Part shown: positions 17,874 to 28,491 of the stretch, piece after piece
Layout: each line of letters opens with the position of its first letter
How positions within the stretch are numbered: the stretch's first letter is position 1
Source: Alphaproteobacteria bacterium
GTDB lineage: Bacteria; Pseudomonadota; Alphaproteobacteria; GCA-2731375
Direction of reading: 5' to 3'
NCBI GenBank assembly: GCA_965232515.1
Contig: CBDDPY010000002.1
Span: forward strand, 5,568,001-5,632,000
Length of the DNA stretch: 64,000 bases
Translations under genes and position numbers: made by a program
Notes under the pieces: generated by a model
What the model was told of the DNA's origin: nothing
Database searches by the model: none
Seen by the model: only the letters and a program-made list of their open reading frames with translations

Positions 17874-17990
17874 TCGAACGGCCGTTGTTCGGTTTGACGC
17901 ACCGACCGTAAGCACGCATGCCTTAACGCGCCTCAACCCGTAACCGTCGAAACCGTCTCTTCGCCGGTCTTTCGGGACGGGCCGGCACCG

Positions 17991-18503
17991 CTATCTCAAA
18001 ACATCCGCCGGCGCGTGATCGATCATAAATTGGGAAAGCTCTTCGGCCGGAACGGACAGATATCGTTCGGGATAGCGCAGACGCAGCGAGCCAAATATCC
18101 GGCCCACGACGTACGCGACCGATCGCCGCTTCGGCACCACCCTGAACGCCCGTGCATAAGCCGCGTTGCGCCAGCCGCAGGACCGAATATCGCGCCAGCG
18201 CAGCATCCGCGGCCGTTTGCCCCAATGGTCCTCCAACCCCTCTGGCGTAATGACGAGGATCGGCCCGCGAAACCGGCTCAATCGAACGAGCTGCCAACTG
18301 GCATTGACGAGCGAGACGAACAGCCACCCGAGGACCAGCCCGCCGAGGGTCCACGCGAGCGGACCGCTCCCTTCGAACCTGCCGAACAACGCCAGGAGCA
18401 GAATCCAGCCATACAGTACCGACGTAATCGCACCAAGGACGCCGGCCCCGATCATCGCCTGACGCGGATTAACCTCTATCGCGAGTTTCCCCATATCGTT
18501 CAT
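17991..18503 (-). CDS. Two-TM membrane protein with PH-like soluble domain (STM3941-like)
   Basis: Two hydrophobic segments then GPILVITPEGLED...LRWRDI. Confidence 0.65.
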   Translation of the reverse strand: MNDMGKLAIEVNPRQAMIGAGVLGAITSVLYGWILLLALFGRFEGSGPLAWTLGGLVLGWLFVSLVNASWQLVRLSRFRGPILVITPEGLEDHWGKRPRMLRWRDIRSCGWRNAAYARAFRVVPKRRSVAYVVGRIFGSLRLRYPERYLSVPAEELSQFMIDHAPADVLR

Positions 18504-18540
18504 TTGGACATCGGTCTCAGACCTAGAAATTCGCGCCCCT

Positions 18541-18807
18541 TTATTTGACGGTGTTGGCTGAAATCGCCCTGGAGTTTGTGAGCATCTCAAGCAACGCTTT
18601 CAGTCGTGAGGTGACATCGTGCTCGTCATAAAGATGCTCTCCGCCGCCCGGTCGATACGAGGCCAGCATCGTAACGACATCCTGCATGCCGTCGTCATCA
18701 GGAAACAGCGCATCAAGTTCCGCCTCGATTTCGCTCGCGAGTGAGATCGAAACATCTCTTCGGGAGATGAACGTCTCAATGAGATCAGTTAACCGCGGGG
18801 CGTTCAT
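18541..18807 (-). CDS. Small acidic hypothetical protein, possible immunity protein
   Basis: 88 aa, acidic helical, LASYRPGGGEHLYDE; ATGA overlap with the upstream gene. Confidence 0.65.
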   Translation of the reverse strand: MNAPRLTDLIETFISRRDVSISLASEIEAELDALFPDDDGMQDVVTMLASYRPGGGEHLYDEHDVTSRLKALLEMLTNSRAISANTVK

Positions 18808-19325
18808 CTGTCTGGCTTCTGTCCCCAAGACAAGTTGGGCTGGGTCGACGCAACGTCGTCGAGGCTGTCATGGACCGACATCATCAACACGGCTTCGCTC
18901 CGATAGTCCTCCAGCTCGGTGCCGGGATAGCCGACGCCGGGCCTCTCAACAAAGAACCGCACCGTACAGCCGGATGCGGGGCCGTGCAGGCCCACGATGG
19001 CCGCCAGATCCGAGTATCCGTCGGTCGACCGCTGGTTCGCAAAGACGCGCCGCACATACGCCAGCGCCATCGGCAGAAACGGTGGCGGCGCGTAATCGTC
19101 AATATGTACCTTGCTGACAAAGCACTCGAAGCCGGTTTCGTCGCCAAAGTCTTCGATGTCGTGCGTTTCGTAGCGGGCGTCAAACAGTGCGCGCTGGAAA
19201 TAGCAGCCATTGCGATGCCAAAAGAATCCATCGCCGGCCCAGGCTTCCAGTTCGTACGGCAAGTCGGGCAGGTGATGCAGATCGACATCCGCAAGAAACC
19301 GTTTCATCCGGCTATTGAGCTTCAT
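18804..19325 (-). CDS. Hypothetical protein, possible immunity protein
   Basis: DETGFECFVSKVHIDDY...CTVRFF...LEDY; overlaps both neighbours. Confidence 0.65.
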   Translation of the reverse strand: MKLNSRMKRFLADVDLHHLPDLPYELEAWAGDGFFWHRNGCYFQRALFDARYETHDIEDFGDETGFECFVSKVHIDDYAPPPFLPMALAYVRRVFANQRSTDGYSDLAAIVGLHGPASGCTVRFFVERPGVGYPGTELEDYRSEAVLMMSVHDSLDDVASTQPNLSWGQKPDR

Positions 19326-19977
19326 CACCAATATCGAACAGTTCGGCCAACTCGCTGATCAGCGTGGTTTCGCCAACGGCCACAAATCCAGACTCGACGT
19401 CATCAAATTCACCGACCGCCTTTATGAGAAAGCCGTCTTGATCGATAACACCTTCCAAAAGCTCGCCGTCGAATCCTCGGGCTTCGAGCCAACCCTTACG
19501 GACGATCTCTTCGACATCAGCATTCTCGGGGAACAGTGCCAAATAAACCGCCAGCCCTTCTGGCATCAACCTTACGACTGACGTTTTTGATAACTCTGAT
19601 ATTTCTTTCGCACCGAAGAATTTCAGTTCTCCATCGTATTCAACCATCGCTTCATATGACGTGCCGAAGTGCGATATGTCGATGCCGCTAGCCTTCAGGC
19701 CCTTCCATAGCCCCCAATATCGGGTGATTCTGTTGTTGGGCTGAAACGCCGAGTGGCCGACCAGCACCCAAAATCTGTAATCAGAAGCACTCCGAAAAAT
19801 AGTGCGGTATAACCGGCTCAATATTCTTTCTTGAGATTTCTCTCTTTCGCTCGATCGGATTATCCAAGCAATTCCACCAATAATCCGATCCCCAACAATG
19901 TCGTTTCTATGGACGTCATATACGAGGTTGGTTTGGGTTACGTCCTCGGCGGTCAATATCTCGATATCATCCAGCAA
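19312..19977 (-). CDS. Low-GC hypothetical protein, possible immunity protein
   Basis: 221-aa open frame in visibly lower-GC DNA, acidic; TTG start uncertain. Confidence 0.7.
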   Translation of the reverse strand: MLDDIEILTAEDVTQTNLVYDVHRNDIVGDRIIGGIAWIIRSSEREKSQERILSRLYRTIFRSASDYRFWVLVGHSAFQPNNRITRYWGLWKGLKASGIDISHFGTSYEAMVEYDGELKFFGAKEISELSKTSVVRLMPEGLAVYLALFPENADVEEIVRKGWLEARGFDGELLEGVIDQDGFLIKAVGEFDDVESGFVAVGETTLISELAELFDIGDEAQ

Positions 19978-20024
19978 GAAATACCTGCTTGTCCGTAAAT
20001 CGATATACGGGAATTTGGAGCACT

Positions 20025-20300
20025 TTATCCTGCGCCGTAAGGCAGTGAAATATGGTGTGATTTCAGCGCCAACTCATAGTCTCTTTTTACCTCGTCAAAT
20101 CGGATGAGCAGGTCTTCCAATATTTCGGTCAGTTCCTCGTCGCCGGTTTTCGATGCCCGTGCCAGTGTCTTCGACAAATCCGAAACCAGGGACGCCAAAG
20201 AGTCACCCTGCACCACAACGCCCGGATAGCGTCGCTCGGGCAGCCTGACCACGGCGTAATTCGTCTGCGCCGTATAGAGTTCCATCTCTACAAGCTTCAT
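20025..20300 (-). CDS. DUF6959-like small protein, possible immunity protein
   Basis: NYAVVRLPERRYPGVVVQGDSL...YELALKSHHISLPY. Confidence 0.7.
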   Translation of the reverse strand: MKLVEMELYTAQTNYAVVRLPERRYPGVVVQGDSLASLVSDLSKTLARASKTGDEELTEILEDLLIRFDEVKRDYELALKSHHISLPYGAG

Positions 20301-20335
20301 GATGTTTTCAGAGCCTTTCTGGCGGGGGCCTGGAT

Positions 20336-20887
20336 TTAGAGGACAAAGACTATCCGGAAGTCTTGAACGATCTCTTCGTCCAAATCCTTGTCGGGATCGA
20401 ACAGGCGGCTTGCTGATGGGCGGTCCAAAGGCAGGACATCCATCGCGGCCAATATCCCTTCGTAAGCCGCGCCTCTGAACTCGGGCAACTCGGACGCGTC
20501 GTTGAGCGACTGTAGGAGCGTTGTAGCCATTTGAGCGCGGAGCTGAAAGTTGGTGACCTTATGCAATATCTCGCCGATGCCGCAGAGCGCGATGGCGCGC
20601 ACAAGTGTATCCGGATCGCTCTTCGCGAGTTCCAAACATCGGTCACCCAGATCGGGCTGTCGAAACCGGGTGAACAGCACGCCGGCCGCGTTCCACCGCA
20701 CCATGGAGTCTTCCGAATCCAGGCATAGGCCGATTTCGGGAGAGGCATCGAATGCCGCGCAGTCGCCAGCGACAGTAATCGCCGAATAGGGATCGTCGCC
20801 ACGGATCAGTTCCTTGAGGATGCCAATCGACCGCCGCGAAATACGCCCGTTGACTTGGTATTCCCGCTTTACGTCTTCCAAGTCCAC
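20336..20887 (-). CDS. HEAT-repeat protein, possible immunity protein
   Basis: LDSEDSMVRWNAAGVL and SDPDTLVRAIALCGIG HEAT-like repeats; GTG start inferred. Confidence 0.7.
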   Translation of the reverse strand: MDLEDVKREYQVNGRISRRSIGILKELIRGDDPYSAITVAGDCAAFDASPEIGLCLDSEDSMVRWNAAGVLFTRFRQPDLGDRCLELAKSDPDTLVRAIALCGIGEILHKVTNFQLRAQMATTLLQSLNDASELPEFRGAAYEGILAAMDVLPLDRPSASRLFDPDKDLDEEIVQDFRIVFVL

Positions 20888-21008
20888 ACGACTACCCGTC
20901 GATGTGAACGCCCTATGGAGAACGCAGGCGTCCAATTGGGCACAACATCGCAACGATCTCGTGGTGCGTAGACAAGCGTTCGTCCAGATTTCGGCAGCGA
21001 CCGCAAGG

Positions 21009-21407
21009 CTACGGCAGAAAGACCAAATGGAACGGCGTGTTCTCCCGCCGCCATTGCTCAGCCGCGACCTGCCAGGCCGAGATCAGCTTGCCGGCCGTCG
21101 CCGGCGCGTTCCGCCAGAACGCCGCGGTACCAGTGAGCACCAGCAGGTATCCCGCCGCCGGAAACCAGCCCATGTCCGATAGACACTCGTCCAAGGCATC
21201 CCAGTTGCGGCCGAAATAGTCGGGGAACCTGAACGCCTCCGACACCAGGTCGAACAAGTCGCCGTCCGTCCGTACGGCCGAGGCATCGCGTTCGACAACA
21301 GTAAGCGACGGTCCGCCAAGGTTTTCCCGCAGGCCCGCCAACTGTTCCGGCGACTCGAAATGAACGCAGACCCAAGCGGCACTATGCGGTTCGGACGTGT
21401 CTATCAT
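21009..21407 (-). CDS. Barstar family ribonuclease inhibitor
   Basis: FRFPDYFGRNWDALDECLSD signature. Confidence 0.9.
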   Translation of the reverse strand: MIDTSEPHSAAWVCVHFESPEQLAGLRENLGGPSLTVVERDASAVRTDGDLFDLVSEAFRFPDYFGRNWDALDECLSDMGWFPAAGYLLVLTGTAAFWRNAPATAGKLISAWQVAAEQWRRENTPFHLVFLP

Positions 21408-21495
21408 CGACCGCTCTTCAGCCAGGTTGCATTTCGGCATTCGAGGTCAACATCTAATGCCCTTACACGCGACGGCCTGTTCGCCCCGCTGCCCC

Positions 21496-21576
21496 TTGAG
21501 CTTCATTGCCAAGGTCAAACAGCTTTACGGGCTTACTTATCGGCATGCGCTCACCGATCGTCCCCAACTTAGCCTC
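21496..21576 (-). pseudogene. Decayed remnant homologous to the 3' end of the 19312-19977 gene
   Basis: Ungapped manual alignment with 19315-19395: 50/81 nt identical; EAKLGTIGERMPISKPVKLFDLGNEAQ vs ESGFVAVGETTLISELAELFDIGDEAQ (12/27 aa). Confidence 0.7.
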
Positions 21577-22429
21577 AGTCTCGTCTGCCTTGATGGGGAT
21601 GCGGACGATCAGGTTGCGGCAGATCTTCGCGGTTCATTATCCATTGGTAGATTAGCGAGATTCCGCTGGCCGTAATGGCGATTTGAGTGAAAATAACAAA
21701 GAGGTATAAAAAATCAGCGATGAAATATAAAATAAAGTGTTCTTTAGCGCTCTCGATAATTCGACTGAATAAAAGAATCATTATCGTGGGAACTGGGATG
21801 CCGGTAATCAGGATAATCATAAGCATGCGTATCGTGCATTTTTTTGTTTTCTTCCAATATCTCGGAATAGAAATATTTTTATTTAGTGCGATTTCGGGAT
21901 ACATTAAAGAAAGCTTCGTAACAACTGCAACGGCTAACACGATATAAATAAAGTATAGTATTAAAGTCAGACCAGAGATGCTTCCTAAAAATTCTGGGTT
22001 TTGACTCGCGTATAAAGAGAAGGCGTTGCCGGGTCCGGCCACCAAATAGAACAATAGAACCCAAGCGACGAAGAACTTTATCTCTCGTTTGCCGAATTCC
22101 ATGCCAATAGACGTTCGTACCTTTGCGTCCGTCGGGCCGAGCAAAACCACCCGGTGCCAAGCAACGGCGAATGCTGCAAAGAAGATCCATTGGGCATGAC
22201 GTGCGACAGCCGCCCAGATCCGCGAGGGATCATCTGTTCCCTGCGCCTCTCCGGAATATCCGACCAAAAACCCGACTGCAAAGCCTGCCGCATAGCTCAG
22301 GATCAGCGGCACGACCATAAGACGAATCAGCGTCGCGGAATTGATCAGCGGAAACTGATAAGCCTCGGCAACAGTATCCAGAATTGGCAGCTTTTCGCCG
22401 CGGCCGACAATCGAACCACCAACGGTCAT
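21575..22429 (-). CDS. AT-rich polytopic membrane protein
   Basis: About six hydrophobic segments, AVAWHRVVLLG motif; GAGGGGG RBS; 17/60 G+C at 21721-21780. Confidence 0.8.
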   Translation of the reverse strand: MTVGGSIVGRGEKLPILDTVAEAYQFPLINSATLIRLMVVPLILSYAAGFAVGFLVGYSGEAQGTDDPSRIWAAVARHAQWIFFAAFAVAWHRVVLLGPTDAKVRTSIGMEFGKREIKFFVAWVLLFYLVAGPGNAFSLYASQNPEFLGSISGLTLILYFIYIVLAVAVVTKLSLMYPEIALNKNISIPRYWKKTKKCTIRMLMIILITGIPVPTIMILLFSRIIESAKEHFILYFIADFLYLFVIFTQIAITASGISLIYQWIMNREDLPQPDRPHPHQGRRD

Positions 22430-22716
22430 TGGCCCCCCTCAATCGTATCCGCGCAGGTGCGCCCGTCATGACAGCGCGCTGCTTTTCCAACATGCCTCGA
22501 TCGTTGATGCAATCATAGCGGGATACTGGGCGGTGCGCCTGCACTTATTTCTAGCCTCGGCAAATTGTCTTTTCCCGTTTGCATCCGTATGCCGAGCGAA
22601 ATCGGCACGATGTCGACCGTGACTGCCGACAGCGCAAACTCCGGATCGCCATCGGCTGGAACGTCGCCAGGCATTCCCTTGACGCCTTCGGGAAGTCTCC
22701 GGAACACAATTCGTTT

Positions 22717-22749
22717 CGATATTTTTAGAAATATCGTAATAAATTGATT
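22717..22749. promoter_or_regulatory. AT-rich palindrome plus IHF-consensus site at the head of the low-GC array
   Basis: CGATATTT-TTAG-AAATATCG (22717-22736); minus strand 22749-22737 reads AATCAA-TTTA-TTA = WATCAANNNNTTR. Confidence 0.5.
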
Positions 22750-22857
22750 TCAAACATTTCTTTTTCCTTGACGTTCCTGTGCATGGGGTTGTTCCGCAAT
22801 CTCCCCTGCGCGACACCCCCTGGTCCGCTATAGCCCGTCGGGCGACGGCGGCCTGGG

Positions 22858-23250
22858 CTAGTCGTCGGGCTGCTTCAGGGCGTCGAGGGCGCGGCGGTCG
22901 CGCTTGGTGGGGCGACCGCTGCCTGGAGCGCGGGTGGGGGGCTTGCTGGTCGGATCGGCAGCCTCGGTCTCGGTCGGGCGCGGAGCGGGCGGGTCGAGGT
23001 CTTCGTAGAGGGTCTGGGCCTCGGCGGCGGGGCCGCGGCGCTGGCCCAGGTCGAGGACCTTGATCACGCGGATGCGGCGGGCCTGCGGGAAGGTGATCAC
23101 GTCGCCCACCTTCAGCGTGGCGCTCGACTTGGCGATGACCTGGCGGTTGACGCGCACGCGGCGGCCGTCGCAGGCCTTGGCGGCGAGCGTCCGGCTTTTG
23201 AAGAACCGGGCGAACCAGAGCCAGCGGTCGATGCGTTGGCTGTCCGGCAT
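22858..23250 (-). CDS. hslR: RNA-binding S4-domain protein (Hsp15/HslR-like)
   Basis: RIDRWLWFARFFKSRTLA...RRGPAAEAQTLYEDL...GRPTKRDRR. Confidence 0.9.
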   Translation of the reverse strand: MPDSQRIDRWLWFARFFKSRTLAAKACDGRRVRVNRQVIAKSSATLKVGDVITFPQARRIRVIKVLDLGQRRGPAAEAQTLYEDLDPPAPRPTETEAADPTSKPPTRAPGSGRPTKRDRRALDALKQPDD

Positions 23251-23259
23251 CCGCCGCCG

Positions 23260-25764
<2,505 letters not shown>

Positions 25765-25830
25765 TTCAGAATAACAATCGGTGCTGCTGGCCGGATTGGC
25801 AAGGGGGCCGGTCGGTGTATGCTTTCGGCC

Positions 25831-26253
25831 ATGGACGCGATCGATGCGATGCACCCGACGCCCGAGCAGCTCGCGCGGCTGGGCGCCACGGACGACGACG
25901 AGCCGGTCGTCATGCTCAATCTGGTGAAGTTCCGCGAGCGCTCGCTCGACGGCGACGGCAGCGGCGAGGACGCGTATCTGCGCTACAGCCGGGGCACGAT
26001 GCCGCTGATCAAGGCGCGCGGCGGCACCATCATCTGGTCCGGCCGGCAGGATCAGGTCGCCATTGGCGACGATGCCGGCGACGACTGGGACCTCGCCGTG
26101 CTGGTGTCCTATCCGAACCGGGCGGCGTTCATCGACATGATGACGTCGGACGAGTACGCGGCGGTCAACCCGCACCGCCTGAACGGCCTCGCCCGCCATG
26201 TGATCCTGGCGACGACGACGCAGTATTCCAAGCTGAAGGACGCCGGCGCGTGA
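25831..26253 (+). CDS. DUF1330-like protein
   Basis: PVVMLNLVKFRE...SGEDAYLRY...DWDLAVLVSYP; similar to 6838-7308. Confidence 0.8.
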   Translation: MDAIDAMHPTPEQLARLGATDDDEPVVMLNLVKFRERSLDGDGSGEDAYLRYSRGTMPLIKARGGTIIWSGRQDQVAIGDDAGDDWDLAVLVSYPNRAAFIDMMTSDEYAAVNPHRLNGLARHVILATTTQYSKLKDAGA

Positions 26254-27128
26254 GCGATTTCGAGCACGGCTATGCCGAGGTGAACGGCGTGCGGCTGCAC
26301 TATGCCGCGGCCGGCGAGGGGCCGCTGCTGCTGTTCCTGCACGGCTTTCCCGAGTTCTGGTACGCCTGGCGGCACCAGCTCGCCGATCTCCGCGACCGCT
26401 TCCGCGCCGTCGCCATTGACACGCGCGGCGTCAATCTGTCGTCCCGGCCGGCCGACGTCGATGCCTATCACCTCGACCACCTCGCCGCCGATCCGGCCGC
26501 GCTGATCCAACATTTCGGCTATGAAACGGCCACCGTCATCGGCCATGACTGGGGCGGCATCACCGCCTGGTGGGTGGCGATCAAGAAGCCCGAGTTGCTG
26601 GACCGGCTGGTGATCGTCAACGCCGCCCATCCCGGCGTCTTCGAGCGGCTGCTGCGGGACGAGCCGCGCCAGCAGCAGGCCAGCGCCTATATGCAGGCCT
26701 TCCGCAGCGACCGCGGCGAAGAGCTGCTGTCGCGCGACGACTTCGGCGCCTTCCGCCAGAACATCCTCGAGCCCGGGCGGGCGGCGGGGCACCTGAGCGA
26801 CGACGACCTCGACGCCTATCTCACGGCCTGGCGGCGGCCGGGCGGGCTCACGGGCGGCTTGAACTACTATCGCGCCAATCGGCGCCACGGTCCGGACGAC
26901 GAAGACGCGCCGCCGCCGATGTCGCCGGCCGAGACCCGGGTCGATGTGCCGACGCTGGTGATCTGGGGCGAGAAGGATCCCTATTTCGTGCCCGAGAACC
27001 TCGATCTCATGCCGGACTACGTGACGGATCTCCGGATCGAGCGGTTCCCCGACAACGACCACTGGATCGTGCACCAGATCCCGGCCGAGGTCGGCCGGCT
27101 GATTGGCGCCTTTGCCACGCCCGGCTAG
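26250..27128 (+). CDS. Alpha/beta hydrolase (epoxide hydrolase-like)
   Basis: LHGFPEFWYAWR, GHDWGG nucleophile, LNYYRA, WGEKD, HW. Confidence 0.92.
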   Translation: MSDFEHGYAEVNGVRLHYAAAGEGPLLLFLHGFPEFWYAWRHQLADLRDRFRAVAIDTRGVNLSSRPADVDAYHLDHLAADPAALIQHFGYETATVIGHDWGGITAWWVAIKKPELLDRLVIVNAAHPGVFERLLRDEPRQQQASAYMQAFRSDRGEELLSRDDFGAFRQNILEPGRAAGHLSDDDLDAYLTAWRRPGGLTGGLNYYRANRRHGPDDEDAPPPMSPAETRVDVPTLVIWGEKDPYFVPENLDLMPDYVTDLRIERFPDNDHWIVHQIPAEVGRLIGAFATPG

Positions 27129-27131
27129 ACG

Positions 27132-27380
27132 TCAGCCGCGATCGCGCTCGCTTAGAACGGCCAGATACCGGCGCTTTGCCGTCACCGCGCCATAGGTGGC
27201 GACGCAGTAGGGCACGAGGTAGGTCAGCGCCGCTTTCCACAAAACCGGGATTTCGCCGGCGAAGATCTGATCGCCCTGGTTGATGAGCACCAGGATCGTG
27301 CCCACGATCAGGCCGACCTTCGCCGCCTGAACCGGCGTGCCGTCGGAAAACGCCAGCCGGAAAAAGCCGGAATCTGCCAT
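27132..27380 (-). CDS. NrtS-like small membrane protein
   Basis: KVGLIVGTILVLINQGD...LTYLVPYCVATYG. Confidence 0.75.
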   Translation of the reverse strand: MADSGFFRLAFSDGTPVQAAKVGLIVGTILVLINQGDQIFAGEIPVLWKAALTYLVPYCVATYGAVTAKRRYLAVLSERDRG

Positions 27381-27587
27381 GCGTTTGGCCTTCGACCTTC
27401 GACAATCCGCGTTTCCGGCGGCGCCCGGCCGGCCGGCGGCCGACAACCTACACCGTCGCGCCGCGCCGGCCTAGCCAGCTGGACCCCGATCGGCCACAGG
27501 CCGTGTGACGGACGACATTTGACTCCCGGCGAATCCGGTGTAGAACCGAGCATGTATTTTGTCGAGGCAAGATCCTGAGCACTCTCC

Positions 27588-28436
27588 GTGGCTACCGCCA
27601 CCGACGAATTCCCCGACTTTCGGCGCGATACCGCCCCTCGCCGGCGGCGTTCGCCCAGTCAGATGGCTATGCTTAAGCGGGTCTTCGGCCTGGGCTTGAC
27701 GCTGGCCTGGCTTGCGGCCGGCGTCGCCTATGTGGTGTTCGAAATCGGCCTGCCGGCGTTCATGTCCTGGACAGCCGCGAACTATGCCGATTTCTCCCTC
27801 GGCCTGTTCGCGCCGTTGGTGTTTCTGTGGCTGGTCATCGGCTACATCCAGCAGGGTCAGGAGCTGGCGCATAGCCGCCAGCTGCTGCAGCAACAGCAGA
27901 ACGAGCTGCTGAACTACAGCGACCGGATAAAGGAAAACACCGACGCGCTGGCCAAGCAGACGGCCGATCTGAAGCCGGTGCTGGACAACACCAAGATCCA
28001 GGCCGCGGTGATCCGCGATCAGGAGGTGCAGGCGCGCCGTGAAACCCTGATGCGGGTGGTCGACGTGGTGTTCGACGACCTCGAATACCTGCTCGACAGC
28101 ATCGAGGACGGCGTACCCGAGTTCGACGACGCCTTCGTCAACAGCCTCTGGATCGAGCAGGACAAGAACGGCGACGAGATGGACCGCCGCTACCGCTGTC
28201 GGTTCATCGGCGATTCAGCGCAATACATGGCCGTCGAAACGCGATTTCGCGAGGCGCTCGAAGCGGAATCGCCGTCCGGCGTCAGCATCCTGCATTTCGC
28301 CATGCAGTTCGGCGCCTTGATCGAGGAGGCGCGCAAGGTCGACATCGACCATCTGGTGCGCGAAAGCCTGATCCGCAGCCGCATCGGCCGCTGTTACGTG
28401 TTCTTCAAGCAGATCGTCGAAAGCCAGAAAGACTAG
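27588..28436 (+). CDS. Two-TM coiled-coil hypothetical protein
   Basis: FAPLVFLWLVIGYIQQGQEL followed by a Q-rich coiled coil. Confidence 0.75.
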   Translation: MATATDEFPDFRRDTAPRRRRSPSQMAMLKRVFGLGLTLAWLAAGVAYVVFEIGLPAFMSWTAANYADFSLGLFAPLVFLWLVIGYIQQGQELAHSRQLLQQQQNELLNYSDRIKENTDALAKQTADLKPVLDNTKIQAAVIRDQEVQARRETLMRVVDVVFDDLEYLLDSIEDGVPEFDDAFVNSLWIEQDKNGDEMDRRYRCRFIGDSAQYMAVETRFREALEAESPSGVSILHFAMQFGALIEEARKVDIDHLVRESLIRSRIGRCYVFFKQIVESQKD

Positions 28437-28446
28437 CCACGAACGT

Positions 28447-28483
28447 GCCGCGCGCCGCGCCGTATTGCGGCGCGGCGCGCGGC
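28447..28483. terminator. GC hairpin between convergent genes
   Basis: GCCGCGCGCCGCGCCG-TATTG-CGGCGCGGCGCGCGGC, perfect 16-bp stem. Confidence 0.6.
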
Positions 28484-28491
28484 CGCGTTCG

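Noticed and set aside
19318-21506. Three ATGAAGCT occurrences (minus strand) as a recombination core
   Set aside because: The copy at 20293-20300 shares nothing beyond a common MKL start; only the other two show extended homology
22513-22707. 64-aa ORF in the array leader
   Set aside because: No RBS or recognisable motif; a decayed gene cannot be excluded
17991-22857. Integron cassette array
   Set aside because: No RYYYAAC...GTTRRRY attC-like hairpins seen in the spacers, several genes overlap, and no intI is present; IntegronFinder would be the formal test
25765-26199. Long N-terminal extensions in the ORF track (helicase 979 aa; also accA, lysC, permease, SnoaL, cupredoxin)
   Set aside because: They overlap other real genes and lack similarity; downstream starts with family-typical N-termini were used
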